This document shows positions 9,824 to 20,146 of a DNA stretch of 64,000 nucleotides, one piece after another. The notes beneath the pieces are model-generated. The model ran no database searches, was not told where the DNA came from, and worked only from the letters and a program-made list of their open reading frames with translations. The translations under genes were made by a program, and so were the position numbers. How positions within the stretch are numbered: the first letter of the stretch is position 1; each line of letters begins with the position of its first letter. This DNA is from Eubacteriales bacterium. GTDB lineage: Bacteria; Bacillota; Clostridia; Oscillospirales; CAG-272. The stretch is from contig JBGVPY010000022.1 in the NCBI GenBank assembly GCA_045127235.1, forward strand, positions 102,889 through 166,888. The letters are read 5' to 3'.

Positions 9824-12133
9824 TTATTTTTTCTTTAATGTGTGAACTGTACCCTCGGTTTTGTCAACTGTCAGGTTAACGCTTGCGCGAGCGCTTTCAT
9901 TTTCGCCTTTGCTTTCAAGCTCTTCTTTAACTACATTATACATAGTTGTTGATGAAAAATCGTTTCTTGAAACAACGACCTTTGGTTGAGATTCTGTGTT
10001 CCAATAAAGCTTTCTGCGTTTTCTTCTTTCAATATACTTATAAACAATAAAGCCTATAAGAAGCACAAGAATAACTACGCAAATAATGTAAATATCGCCA
10101 TCAAAGGACTCGGAATCAACCTTTAAGCTTTCCCATAAATTATTGAGCGTGGCTCTATTTTGGTCGCTTAAATCTCTGTATGCGAAGTTAGCAAACATAT
10201 ATTCAATATATGTCATTTCAACTGTTTCGCCATTTTCGTTTTCAACTGTAATGATATTATTGAAGTCAGGGTCGTAAATGGTTTCGTAGTCCTCGCCAAG
10301 ATATTCCTTGTAATCCTCATCGTTGATTACAGACTCATATGGGTTAGCATAGTAGATATATTCAGCATTTGCTTTTGCAGCCTCAGGACTAAGCATGAAG
10401 TTAATATATTCATATGCATGCTCAACGTTTTGTGCGCCTGTTGGAATACACATAGCATCTGCAAAAATATTAGTTACATATTCGCCATTTTCGTTCTTTG
10501 GATAGAAGAAGCCAAGGGATTCGTTATTTGCAATCATAGATAAGCAGTCGCCTGCATAGTAAGCGGCAAGGGTTGCTTCTCCGCTTTCCATCTTATTGTA
10601 AATTTCATCCATTACATAGCTTTGCACTAACGGCTTTTGCTTTTTAAGCTCCTCAAATGCCATTTGCCATTCCTCTTCAGTAGCGTTATTTACATTTATG
10701 CCAAGCTTATACATTGCAGTGCCGAATGCATCACGGGCGTTATTGAATTGTAAGATTTGTCCCTTGTATCTTTCATCCCAAAGGATTTCCCAACCAATTT
10801 CGCCGTTTTCAATTTTTTCAAGGTCTCCGTCCTTTAGCTTGTCCGCATTATAGATAATGCCGATAATACCGTAGGTGTACATAACGGTATATTTTTCCTC
10901 GTTATCATCGTAGAACAAGTCCTTAAACTGCTCTTGAACATTGGAGTAATTTGGAATTTTTGTTAGGTCAAGTGGTTGAATTAAGCCATCAGCCTTTAAT
11001 CTTTCAATCATATAGTCAGATGGAATAATAACATCATATCCGCCTGCTCCGCTCTTTAATTTAGCGTACAGGTCCTCGTTTGAGGCGTAAGTAGTGTAAT
11101 TTACTCTAACATCTACATTCTTACCCTGTGCTTTTAATTTTTCCTCGTAATATTTTTCAAACTCTAAATTAGTGTTATAGGAGTCCTCGCTACCATCGGA
11201 GATATACTCGCCCCAGTTATAAACATTAACTGTAACAGTTTCCTTGCCTGCGGATGCTATAAATACGATAAGAGTTATTGCGGCAATTACTGCAAAAACA
11301 GAGCCAACAATTATTTTTGTTACCTTTTTTGTTTGCTTACTGATTTTCTCTCTATTTTTGTCTGAAACAAGGTTAGAAACAAGAAGCAAAATTAAAATTG
11401 ATACAAAAATAAGTGTAGATAGCGCATACATGTCGGGGGTTACGCGCTTTTTAGTCATTGAATAAATTCTAATTGGAAGGGTTTCAAATCCACTACCGAT
11501 TGTAAAATAGCTGATTACAAAATCATCAAGTGATAATGTAAACGCCATAATTAAGCCTGAGATAATGCCAGGCATAATTTGTGGTAATTCTACCTTGAAG
11601 AAGGATTGCATTGGTGTGCAGCCTAAGTCAAGAGCTGCCTCGGGTAAGCTCCTATCCATTTGCTTGAATTTAGGCATAACGGATAAAATAACATATGGCA
11701 AGTTAAAGGTAATATGCGCAATTAAAACCGTACCAAAGCCAAGTGATGATTTGCCGCCAATCATAACGCCTACGAAAACGAAAAGAAGCATCATAGAAAT
11801 ACCTGTTACGATTTCAGGGTTCATCATTGGTATTTTAGTTACGGACATTATGCTACTTTTTGCAAATTTATTCTGCATTTTGTTGATACCGTATGCAGCC
11901 ATTGTGCCAATTACAGTTGAGATAAGTGCAGATAAAATTGCTAGGATAAGTGTATTTTTTAGCGCGTCAAGTGTGGCTGAATCGCTAAAAAGCTCTCTAT
12001 ACCATTTGAACGAGAAGCCTTCAAAGGTGCTTGTACTGTTTGATGAGTTAAAGGAGTACAAAATAAGCACGAAAATCGGCATATAAAGGAATATAAAGAT
12101 GAGGGCTGTGTAAATATTTCTTGTTTTTTTCAT
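9824..12133 (-). CDS. potCD: Spermidine/putrescine ABC transporter permease (PotC-like) fused to substrate-binding protein (PotD-like)
   Basis: The N-terminal ~260 aa is PotC-like (6 TM, EAA-loop region LPEAALDLGCTPMQSFFKVELPQIMPG). This is followed by a TM helix, a PotD-like domain (VNVYNWGEYISDG...GYDVIIPSDYMIERL), a second TM helix and a basic stop-transfer sequence. Confidence 0.8.
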   Translation of the reverse strand: MKKTRNIYTALIFIFLYMPIFVLILYSFNSSNSTSTFEGFSFKWYRELFSDSATLDALKNTLILAILSALISTVIGTMAAYGINKMQNKFAKSSIMSVTKIPMMNPEIVTGISMMLLFVFVGVMIGGKSSLGFGTVLIAHITFNLPYVILSVMPKFKQMDRSLPEAALDLGCTPMQSFFKVELPQIMPGIISGLIMAFTLSLDDFVISYFTIGSGFETLPIRIYSMTKKRVTPDMYALSTLIFVSILILLLVSNLVSDKNREKISKQTKKVTKIIVGSVFAVIAAITLIVFIASAGKETVTVNVYNWGEYISDGSEDSYNTNLEFEKYYEEKLKAQGKNVDVRVNYTTYASNEDLYAKLKSGAGGYDVIIPSDYMIERLKADGLIQPLDLTKIPNYSNVQEQFKDLFYDDNEEKYTVMYTYGIIGIIYNADKLKDGDLEKIENGEIGWEILWDERYKGQILQFNNARDAFGTAMYKLGINVNNATEEEWQMAFEELKKQKPLVQSYVMDEIYNKMESGEATLAAYYAGDCLSMIANNESLGFFYPKNENGEYVTNIFADAMCIPTGAQNVEHAYEYINFMLSPEAAKANAEYIYYANPYESVINDEDYKEYLGEDYETIYDPDFNNIITVENENGETVEMTYIEYMFANFAYRDLSDQNRATLNNLWESLKVDSESFDGDIYIICVVILVLLIGFIVYKYIERRKRRKLYWNTESQPKVVVSRNDFSSTTMYNVVKEELESKGENESARASVNLTVDKTEGTVHTLKKK

Positions 12134-12960
12134 ACTATTACACCTCCGTCATCCTCGCCGGAATACTTGCTCATTACCGCCATGCTTATCATGATAATTA
12201 TCATAAGCACAAAGGACATTGCAGCGCCAAGGTTATAGTTATATGCTGTTTGGAATTGTCTTTCAATAGTATCGCCGATTAAGTCAAAGTTACCTCCGCC
12301 AAGCTTTTGGGAAATGTAGAAGGTACTGATTGATGGAACGAATACCATTGTAACGCCTGAAATTACTCCTGCCATGCTAAGTGGGAATACTACTCGTGTA
12401 ATTACCTTGAAGTGGCTACATCCTAGGTCAGATGCTGCTTCAAGCAAGCGATTGTCAATCTTACTCATTACAGAGTGAAGCGGAATAATCATATATGGTA
12501 GATAGTTATATACCATACCTAAAATAACTGCTCCAGATGTGTTTATCATATGAACAGGCTCAAGACCCATAGATGTTAAAATATTATTTATAATACCTGT
12601 ATCCTCTAAAATAGCCATCCATGAATACGTACGGATAAGGAAGTTAAGCCATTGAGGAAGCATAACAAGCATTATAAGTATCTTTTGTGTTTTAGGGCTT
12701 GTCTTAGTCATAAAATACGCGATAGGATATGCAATTATTAAACAAATCACAGTTGCTAAAAATGCAAAGCAAAGGGATCTTAAAAAGATTTCAAGATAGC
12801 TTGCTTGCGCTAGCTCTGCAATGTTGTCAAATGTGAAATTGCCATCCTTGTCGGTAAATGCGTAATAAACAACAAAAAGAAGCGGAGCAATAATAAACAG
12901 TATCGCCCACATTACGTGAGGAGCTGCTACTGCCTTTTGAAGTAAGCTCTTTTTGTTCAT
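12130..12960 (-). CDS. potB: Spermidine/putrescine ABC transporter permease PotB
   Basis: 276 aa, 6 TM, EAA loop LLEAASDLGCSHFKVITRVVFPLS. 4-nt overlap with potCD. Confidence 0.85.
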   Translation of the reverse strand: MNKKSLLQKAVAAPHVMWAILFIIAPLLFVVYYAFTDKDGNFTFDNIAELAQASYLEIFLRSLCFAFLATVICLIIAYPIAYFMTKTSPKTQKILIMLVMLPQWLNFLIRTYSWMAILEDTGIINNILTSMGLEPVHMINTSGAVILGMVYNYLPYMIIPLHSVMSKIDNRLLEAASDLGCSHFKVITRVVFPLSMAGVISGVTMVFVPSISTFYISQKLGGGNFDLIGDTIERQFQTAYNYNLGAAMSFVLMIIIMISMAVMSKYSGEDDGGVIV

Positions 12961-12964
12961 TTTC

Positions 12965-14092
12965 TTACTCTTCCTCCTCTAAAGCTTCAACGTCGCCAAG
13001 GGATTCAAGCTCGTCGCTGAAGGATGAGTAATCGCCGAACATACCTGAATATTCGGACTTTTTCATAATATGTATAGCGTCAGGCTCAATATATAAGCCG
13101 ATATGTTGTTCAGGAGCAACGTAGTCGGTTGATTGAATCATCCACTTAAAATTATTGATTGTTACGATAATTTCATAGTGAACGCCCTTGAAGGTTACTG
13201 AATCAACAACACCTTGAAGCATTCCATTTTCAGGGGAGACAACGTCAACGTCCTCAGGTCTTATTACTACATCAACGGCTTCGTTTTTACCAAAGCCTTT
13301 GTCAAGACAGTCAAATACATGTCCTGAGAATTTAGCCTTATAGTCATCAAGCATTACGCCATCAATTATGTTACTTTCGCCGATAAAGTCTGCAACAAAT
13401 GCATTTTCAGGCTCGTTATAGATATCGGTAGGAGAGCCGATTTGCTGAATTTTACCATCTGCCATAACGACAACCGTGTCTGACATGCTAAGTGCTTCCT
13501 CTTGATCATGGGTAACATATATAAAGGTAATGCCTGTTTGTCTTTGTATATTTTTAAGCTCGTTCTGCATATCCTTACGAAGCTTTAGGTCAAGAGCGCC
13601 AAGCGGTTCATCAAGTAGGAGCACCTTTGGCTTATTGATGAGCGCGCGAGCGATAGCAACTCTTTGCTGCTGACCGCCTGAAAGAAGATTAACATCCTTC
13701 TTTTCAAAGCCCTTTAGGTTTACCATAGCGAGCATTTCTTCAACTCTATTGTAAATTTCTTCTTCTGATATTTTGTTCAATCGAAGAGCAAAAGCAATGT
13801 TTTCATAAACATTAAGATGCGGAAACAACGCATATTTTTGGAACACAGTATTTACATGGCGCTTATATGCGGGAACGTCATTAATTTTCGTTCCTTCAAA
13901 CACTACATCTCCTGTGTCAGGTGTAACAAATCCTGCAATAATACGGAGTGTGGTAGTTTTACCACAGCCAGACGGTCCTAAAAGCGTCATAAACTCCTTT
14001 TCATGCACGTCAAGATTAATATGGTCAAGAATTATCTCGCCATCAAAGGATTTTGCTACATTCTTTAGCTCAATGATCTTTTTTTCGTTCAT
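12965..14092 (-). CDS. potA: Spermidine/putrescine ABC transporter ATPase PotA
   Basis: Walker [10 protein letters not shown], signature [15 protein letters not shown], Walker B LLLDEPL, and a C-terminal TOBE-like region. Confidence 0.9.
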   Translation of the reverse strand: MNEKKIIELKNVAKSFDGEIILDHINLDVHEKEFMTLLGPSGCGKTTTLRIIAGFVTPDTGDVVFEGTKINDVPAYKRHVNTVFQKYALFPHLNVYENIAFALRLNKISEEEIYNRVEEMLAMVNLKGFEKKDVNLLSGGQQQRVAIARALINKPKVLLLDEPLGALDLKLRKDMQNELKNIQRQTGITFIYVTHDQEEALSMSDTVVVMADGKIQQIGSPTDIYNEPENAFVADFIGESNIIDGVMLDDYKAKFSGHVFDCLDKGFGKNEAVDVVIRPEDVDVVSPENGMLQGVVDSVTFKGVHYEIIVTINNFKWMIQSTDYVAPEQHIGLYIEPDAIHIMKKSEYSGMFGDYSSFSDELESLGDVEALEEEE

Positions 14093-14171
14093 TTCTATCC
14101 CCGTTCTTTCATAGTATCAACTTACCTCGACAAAAATCCTCTTTTAGTGTCGAAAACGGTAAATCATTTGC

Positions 14172-14200
14172 ATTATAACAGAAATTTACGCAATGTGCAA
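14172..14200 (-). promoter_or_regulatory. Sigma-A type promoter of the pot operon
   Basis: Minus strand reads TTGCAC-17 nt-TATAAT with a TGn extended -10 (ctgtTATAAT), ~75 nt upstream of the potA ATG. Confidence 0.55.
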
Positions 14201-14228
14201 TAGTTAGGCGCAAATTTCTTTAAAATAT

Positions 14229-14813
14229 TTATATTATAGAAAAGCATAGTCTAATTAAGAGAAAAATTGAGATAAAAAGTAACGATATATTTGTTGAAAA
14301 TATGATTTGAATATACACAGAAAAAAGCCACATCAATACTGCTGAGAAAAACGATATCCATTTATGCAGCTTATCAGCCACATCCCCTGACATTTTCCAC
14401 AAAAACAGAGACTTTAATATGTTACCGCCATCAAGAATTGATACAGGGTACAAATTCATCAAGGCTAAAGAAAAATTGAATACTAAAAAGGTGGATAATG
14501 TGTCGCTATTTGATGAATTTATCATTAAAATTATTAACACTGTGAGAAGATTAAATATTATTCCTCCAAAGCATACTATGGCTTCCTTCAAATATGATAT
14601 TCCCTTAGTGTCATAGGATAATGATAAATGAAACACTCCCCCTCGTATTTTTGAAATTTTAGCTCCCATAATGTAAGCAAAAAACAAATGTCCAAGCTCA
14701 TGAATTAAATACGCGAAAACTAGTAAAAATGGGCTTTTTGATATAGATATGCTCATTAGGCTAAGAATTACTGCAAGAATACTTAGCATGCTTTTTAAGT
14801 TACTTTTTTTCAT
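14229..14813 (-). CDS. Minimal M50-family (site-2 protease / SpoIVFB-like) membrane metalloprotease
   Basis: HELGH zinc motif in a TM helix plus the second M50 signature NLYPVSILDGG. About 194 aa from the ATG at 14813. No CBS/PDZ domain. Confidence 0.7.
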   Translation of the reverse strand: MKKSNLKSMLSILAVILSLMSISISKSPFLLVFAYLIHELGHLFFAYIMGAKISKIRGGVFHLSLSYDTKGISYLKEAIVCFGGIIFNLLTVLIILMINSSNSDTLSTFLVFNFSLALMNLYPVSILDGGNILKSLFLWKMSGDVADKLHKWISFFSAVLMWLFSVYIQIIFSTNISLLFISIFLLIRLCFSII

Positions 14814-15075
14814 TAGCTTCAAATAATACATCGTGCAGCTCAGTTTCCTTAAATACAGACACATAGTCCGTTGAAATTACATTTTCACTACTAAATTTTG
14901 AGTCAAGCTTATAAATAAATGATAATGACAATAAAAACGATAGTATAGCTACCACCGAAAAGACTCTGATGGAACGATTTGATTGTTTTGCTTGATTTTC
15001 TTCTTTTTTATCATCTTTAATATAATTATATTTTTCCTTTTTACTGTTTTCTAAAAATATTGTTTTCATTTGCAT
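14800..15075 (-). CDS. Small single-pass membrane protein, overlapping the M50 protease gene start
   Basis: 91-aa ORF with a K/E-rich N-terminus and one TM helix (VFSVVAILSFLLSLSFIY). GGGGGA RBS. 14-nt overlap with the downstream M50 gene. Confidence 0.5.
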   Translation of the reverse strand: MQMKTIFLENSKKEKYNYIKDDKKEENQAKQSNRSIRVFSVVAILSFLLSLSFIYKLDSKFSSENVISTDYVSVFKETELHDVLFEANEKK

Positions 15076-15153
15076 ATCCCCCTTATATATTTATATTGAT
15101 TTTATTTCATTAGTATGTTACAATATACCTATACTTTTATATGAGAGGCTTAT

Positions 15154-16380
15154 ATGACAAATAGACCACTTGCTGACAAGCTTCGCCCTTTAACCTTTGA
15201 TGATATTGCAGGTCAAAAGCATTTAATTTCCGAAAAGGGAGTTATACGCAGAATGGTTAATTCCGGGCGAATTACTAATATGATTTTTTACGGTCCTCCC
15301 GGCACAGGTAAAACAACTGTTGCAAATATAATTGCAAAAAATTCCGATATGGAGCTATATAGATTAAATGCAACAACTGCCTCCTTATCCGATGTTAAGG
15401 AGGTTATTGCTCAATCAAGCTCTGTTTTTTCATCAAAGGGAATTTTACTTTATCTTGATGAAATTCAATATTTCAATAAAAAGCAGCAACAATCTTTACT
15501 TGAATATATTGAGGATGGTCGGGTAACCTTAATTGCATCAACCACAGAAAATCCTTATTTTTATATTTACGATGCACTACTTTCAAGATGCGCGGTTTTT
15601 GAATTCAAGCATATTAGCGCAAAGGAAATCTTGCCTGTATTAAAGCGCGCAGTTAATGAGCTAAACGCTGAGAGCGAGGTAGTAAAAAGCGCCACTGATG
15701 AAGCACTTGAATTTTTAGCTTCCTGTGCAGGTGGAGATGTACGACATGCTCTTACTCTTTTAGAGGGTGCATATATTGCAAGTGATAATGAAATAACTGT
15801 TGATATTGCAAAGGAATTTATCCCTTCTGCTTCGGCAGGACTTTTTGATAGAGATGGGGACACACACTATTGCTTGCTAGGAGCTTTACAAAAATCAATT
15901 CGCGGCTCTGACCCTGATGCTGCCGTTTTCTATCTTGCAAGACTGCTTGAAGGTGGAGATATAATTTCTGCTTGTAGAAGGCTATTAGTTATTGCAAGTG
16001 AGGATATTGGACTTGCTTATCCACAGGCATCACAAATTGCATATGCTCTTTGTGAAACCGCTAAGCAGCTTGGTATGCCTGAGGCAAGAATACCACTTTC
16101 TAACTGCGCTATTATGCTTGCAACTGCGCCTAAATCTAATTCCGCAGAAGCATCTATTGATATGGCTCTTGGTGATATTAGGAGTGGAAAGGGCACAACC
16201 TTCCCTGTGCATTTACAATCACCGCTATTTAAGGGCTACAAGTATCCTCATGATTATCCTAACCATTATGTTAAGCAGCAATATTTACCAGATGACTTAG
16301 TTGGCAGACAATATTACAAATTTGGCGAAAACAAAAACGAGCAGGCTGCAAAAGCATATTGGGAAAGCATCAAGAAGTAA
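15154..16380 (+). CDS. rarA: Replication-associated recombination protein A (AAA+ ATPase RarA/MgsA)
   Basis: Walker A GPPGTGKTT, LYLDEIQYFNKKQQ, and the MgsA C-terminal block HLQSPLFKGYKYPHDYPNHYVKQQYLP. Confidence 0.9.
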   Translation: MTNRPLADKLRPLTFDDIAGQKHLISEKGVIRRMVNSGRITNMIFYGPPGTGKTTVANIIAKNSDMELYRLNATTASLSDVKEVIAQSSSVFSSKGILLYLDEIQYFNKKQQQSLLEYIEDGRVTLIASTTENPYFYIYDALLSRCAVFEFKHISAKEILPVLKRAVNELNAESEVVKSATDEALEFLASCAGGDVRHALTLLEGAYIASDNEITVDIAKEFIPSASAGLFDRDGDTHYCLLGALQKSIRGSDPDAAVFYLARLLEGGDIISACRRLLVIASEDIGLAYPQASQIAYALCETAKQLGMPEARIPLSNCAIMLATAPKSNSAEASIDMALGDIRSGKGTTFPVHLQSPLFKGYKYPHDYPNHYVKQQYLPDDLVGRQYYKFGENKNEQAAKAYWESIKK

Positions 16381-16396
16381 TTTGATTTGAACATAT

Positions 16397-16433
16397 AAAA
16401 ATAGCGGATTTTTAACTAAAATCTGCTATTTTT
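16397..16433 (+). terminator. Rho-independent terminator of rarA
   Basis: AAAAATAGCGGATTTT-taact-AAAATCTGCTATTTTT. Confidence 0.8.
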
Positions 16434-16642
16434 ACATATAACATATGTTCAGTTGTTCATTTGTTTATATTTATTATGTTGATTTTTTGAGAAAATTTAT
16501 TTATTCTGTTGCTATTTTATTACTTTAGTGGTAAAATTATAGTGAATTGATTTAGCCTCAAGTACAATGCTCTATTTATTTTTTACTGTTATTGAGTATT
16601 CCTACTGTGTCTATATTGATGAAAATTTTAAAGAGGTAAATT

Positions 16643-17614
16643 ATGAAAATTTCAAATAATACTTTAAAGAGGTTTATTAAGGGTGCTTGCTATTTTGAGA
16701 CAAGCGGTGGATACTTAAGCTCCTATAAATTTAGCAAAGCACAAATTGATTGGTTTCATAACGAGGGATATGACCCATTTTGGTATGAAAGAACGATTTA
16801 TACCGCAGGAATTAGAATTGAGTTTAAAACTAACTCCGATTTTGTTTCCTTTGATTACAAGAATATGCAAGGTGCTGATTTAACTAGCAGAAGCAACTCT
16901 GTTGATATATATATTGATGGCGTTTTATATTCAATTTTTCGCTTAGAAAACGTTAAGGGAAATTTGTACGCTAAGCTACCATTAGGGGAAAAGACTGTTA
17001 CTATCTATCTTCCTAATGATTGCAAATTTGGAATTAAGAATTTTACCTTTGATGGTAATTACAAAGCTATTAAAGATAAGGGACTAAAGGTGCTTGTTAT
17101 TGGCGACTCAATCACACAAGGCTACGGACCGCTATTTTCATCGGGATCGTATTTTAATGTGTTACAACGCTTAACAGGATATAATATGCTAAATCAAGGT
17201 ATTGGTGGTTTGCGCTGTGAGCCTGCTTCTTTAACAGCTGTTGATGGCTTTGAGCCTGATAAGATTATAACATTTCTTGGCACTAACTGGTATGATGCTG
17301 CCGATATATATGATTATGAAAATGCTACTATTGAATTCTACAAAAAGCTAACTGAGTTATATCCCGATAAAGAAATTTTATCTATTTCTCCTATTTGGAG
17401 AGGCGATGATATGCTTGACAAAAAGAGATTTGGTTGGTGCATTGACATTGTAAAAAGAGAGTTAAATAGATACGATAATATTCGTTTCGTTGATGGCTTT
17501 ACTCTTATGCCTCATGTTGAGGAATGCTGCTGTGATAAATTACATCCTAACGAATATGGATGCTTATTACTTGCACAAAGCATTTATAAGGAAATTAAAA
17601 AATTTAAATTTTAA
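16643..17614 (+). CDS. SGNH/GDSL-family hydrolase (probable carbohydrate esterase) with N-terminal beta-sandwich-like domain
   Basis: Block I VLVIGDSITQGYG and block V DKLHPNEYG (DxxH). No signal peptide. Confidence 0.7.
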   Translation: MKISNNTLKRFIKGACYFETSGGYLSSYKFSKAQIDWFHNEGYDPFWYERTIYTAGIRIEFKTNSDFVSFDYKNMQGADLTSRSNSVDIYIDGVLYSIFRLENVKGNLYAKLPLGEKTVTIYLPNDCKFGIKNFTFDGNYKAIKDKGLKVLVIGDSITQGYGPLFSSGSYFNVLQRLTGYNMLNQGIGGLRCEPASLTAVDGFEPDKIITFLGTNWYDAADIYDYENATIEFYKKLTELYPDKEILSISPIWRGDDMLDKKRFGWCIDIVKRELNRYDNIRFVDGFTLMPHVEECCCDKLHPNEYGCLLLAQSIYKEIKKFKF

Positions 17615-17622
17615 GGTAGATT

Positions 17623-18972
17623 ATGTATAATAGACACGATGTGCTAAAAAAATTTGAAGCTTCTTCTGAATTTTATAACAATGTTGTGTATCCCAACATT
17701 GAAAAATACAGAAAAGGCGACATTAAAATATCTATAAAAGATAAAATCGGAAGGAATTTAGAGGGGGCTAAGGTTAAAATTACGCAAGCTTCCCACGAAT
17801 TTAAATTTGGCGCTAATCTCTTTATGCTAGATGAATTAGAGACTGATGAAAAAAATTCCATTTATAAAGATAGCTTTAAAAAAATATTTAATATTGCGAC
17901 ACTTCCCTTTTATTGGAATTCTATTGAGCCTGAAATGGGAAATTTAAGGTATGAAAAAAATTCTCCAAAATATTATCGTCGTCCTTCCATTGATTTATGT
18001 ATGGAATACTGTGAGGAAAACGGAATAGAGCCAAGGGAGCATGCACTTGCTTATGAGCAGTTCTTTCCCGAATGGCTATATGATGCAACGGTAGATGAAA
18101 TAAAAGCTGCATATGAAAATAGATGCAAGGAAATTGCCCAAAGGTATGCACATAGAATTCCTACTATTGAAGTTACTAATGAGACATTTTGGTGGAAGGG
18201 AAAAACTGCATTTTATGATGAGCCTGACTTTATAGAATGGTGCTTTAAAACTGCTGAAAAATACTTTCCTAACAATAAGCTTGTAATAAATGAAGCTATT
18301 TATGATACATGGTGTGATGTATGCAGGGCTAACTCAAGGTACTACTCCTGTATTGAATTAAATATGCTAAAGGGTGCAAGAATTGATGGAGTTGGTATGC
18401 AATTTCATATGTTTTTTGATAGAGATGAGGAGATTGAAAAATCTAATAGCTTATATGATCCCATTGACTTATATAAGCGACTTGATCTTTATTCAAATTT
18501 AACAAATGACATACAAATTACTGAAATTACAATTCCTGCTTATTCAAGTGAAAATGAGGATGAAGAAATACAGTCCAGAATTCTTGAATATTTATATACT
18601 CTTTGGTTTTCTCATCCAAAAATGACACAAATTATTTATTGGAATTTAATTGATGGGTACGCTTATGTTGCTAACCCTACTCCTGAAAGAATAAGAAAAT
18701 CCCAAGGGGATATGACATTAGGCGAAAATAAATATTATGGTGGCTTGTTAAGGTTTGACATGTCGCCTAAGCCTGCATATTTAATGCTTGATAATCTAAT
18801 CAATAAAAAATTTCATACCGAATTTGATACGCTTTTAGATGAAAATGGAATGTTTGAATTTAGAGGCTTTTATGGCAATTATCAATTGCAAATTGAGGTA
18901 AATGATGAAATTATTACTAAAAGCTTTGTTTTATCAAGTAAAAACAGCAATGAAATAACTATCGAAATTTAG
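17623..18972 (+). CDS. Glycoside hydrolase, GH10-like (beta/alpha)8 barrel, cytoplasmic
   Basis: FKFGANLF, FYWNSIEPEMG, IEVTNETFW (candidate acid/base Glu) and IQITEITIP (candidate nucleophile Glu) resemble GH10 blocks. No signal peptide. Confidence 0.5.
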   Translation: MYNRHDVLKKFEASSEFYNNVVYPNIEKYRKGDIKISIKDKIGRNLEGAKVKITQASHEFKFGANLFMLDELETDEKNSIYKDSFKKIFNIATLPFYWNSIEPEMGNLRYEKNSPKYYRRPSIDLCMEYCEENGIEPREHALAYEQFFPEWLYDATVDEIKAAYENRCKEIAQRYAHRIPTIEVTNETFWWKGKTAFYDEPDFIEWCFKTAEKYFPNNKLVINEAIYDTWCDVCRANSRYYSCIELNMLKGARIDGVGMQFHMFFDRDEEIEKSNSLYDPIDLYKRLDLYSNLTNDIQITEITIPAYSSENEDEEIQSRILEYLYTLWFSHPKMTQIIYWNLIDGYAYVANPTPERIRKSQGDMTLGENKYYGGLLRFDMSPKPAYLMLDNLINKKFHTEFDTLLDENGMFEFRGFYGNYQLQIEVNDEIITKSFVLSSKNSNEITIEI

Positions 18973-18987
18973 TATAAGCATAAAGAA

Positions 18988-19020
18988 AAGGCAGAAAATC
19001 GGCAAGATTTCTGTCTTTTT
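18988..19020 (+). terminator. Rho-independent terminator after the GH10-like gene
   Basis: GCAGAAAATC-ggcaa-GATTTCTGTC followed by TTTTT. Confidence 0.65.
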
Positions 19021-19040
19021 GATTTTTAAATTAATGATAT

Positions 19041-19080
19041 AAAAACATAAAACACCTCAAAAGAGGTGTTTTATGTTTTT
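19041..19080 (-). terminator. Terminator of the 12-kb minus-strand sugar-transport operon
   Basis: Perfect 18-bp palindrome AAAAACATAAAACACCTC-aaaa-GAGGTGTTTTATGTTTTT, 7 nt after the last stop codon. Confidence 0.85.
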
Positions 19081-19086
19081 ATGAAA

Positions 19087-20133
19087 TTATCCTACGATAC
19101 CGCTTCTTTCAACGCCTTCAACAATCTTATTTTGTACAAAGAGATATACAATGATAAGTGGCATTACGATAAGGATTGAGGCTGTACCTCTAATGGCTGC
19201 TTGAAGCATACCACCCTTGTTATACTCTTGTAATGATTGCGGTACCTTTGCAATATTACTGATAAGCTTGATTGATTCATCGCTGCTCCAGTAGGATGCA
19301 AGATAGAATACCGAGTCTGTTGATGCATAAAATTCATCTGTCCATTGCCATGCAAATGAGAAGATAAATACTGTAATGAGCATTGGCACGGAAATTGGAA
19401 GAATGATGTTAAAGAATGTTCTAAATGTGCTTGAACCGTCAACGTATGCAGATTCCTCAAGCTCGTCAGGAACGCCCTTAAAGAACTGTCTTAACATAAA
19501 GATGAATAGACCGTTCTTAAAGCCAAGACCTGTTACTGACATGATGTAAAGCGGTGCAAGCGAGTTAACAAAGCCGCCCTCAATTACGCCTATTGCATCA
19601 AGCAAGTAGCCAATTGGGTTGCTTGTACCGTAACGAAGGAAAAATCTTTGCATTGCCCATTTGATACTTTCTTGGGGCACCATCATGGTAAAGATTACTA
19701 TTAAGAATAATAGATTGTTGCCCTTGAACTTAAATTTCGCAAGACCGTATGCAACTAATGCACAAACAAGTGTTTGAATTAGAGCTACGGAAGCGGAAAT
19801 TAAGAACGTGTTTAAAAGTGATAGCAAATAATCATTTTCTAAAATGATAAATTTGTACTGATCCCACGTAGGATTCTTTGAAATAAGAACTACTGTTACG
19901 TCATCAAAGTCGCTTGGGGACATGAATGACGCGAAGATTTTAGTGATGTATGGGTAAAGAATTACGTATGATACACCTACTAATAATACTAATTTGAATA
20001 TTAAGAAGATTACCTTCTTAAAGAAGAAGCTGTTTAAAAACTTCGCTTTAAGTCTTTCGGAAAGAGGAGCTCTTTCAAAATCAACGCGGATTTTGTTTTT
20101 AGATTCTCTTTTAATCTTTGGTGAATTATCCAT
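19087..20133 (-). CDS. Carbohydrate ABC transporter permease (MalG/LplC-like), second pair
   Basis: 6 TM, EAA loop DELEESAYVDGSSTFRTFFNIILP. The ATG at 20133 follows RBS AAGGAGGGG. Confidence 0.8.
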   Translation of the reverse strand: MDNSPKIKRESKNKIRVDFERAPLSERLKAKFLNSFFFKKVIFLIFKLVLLVGVSYVILYPYITKIFASFMSPSDFDDVTVVLISKNPTWDQYKFIILENDYLLSLLNTFLISASVALIQTLVCALVAYGLAKFKFKGNNLLFLIVIFTMMVPQESIKWAMQRFFLRYGTSNPIGYLLDAIGVIEGGFVNSLAPLYIMSVTGLGFKNGLFIFMLRQFFKGVPDELEESAYVDGSSTFRTFFNIILPISVPMLITVFIFSFAWQWTDEFYASTDSVFYLASYWSSDESIKLISNIAKVPQSLQEYNKGGMLQAAIRGTASILIVMPLIIVYLFVQNKIVEGVERSGIVG

Positions 20134-20146
20134 TGTCGTCCCCTCC

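Noticed and set aside
14093-14171. Possible riboswitch or leader structure in the ~75-nt potA 5' UTR.
   Set aside because: There is only a weak CGAC/GTCG hairpin, it resembles no riboswitch class I know, and it is too short for a typical aptamer plus expression platform.
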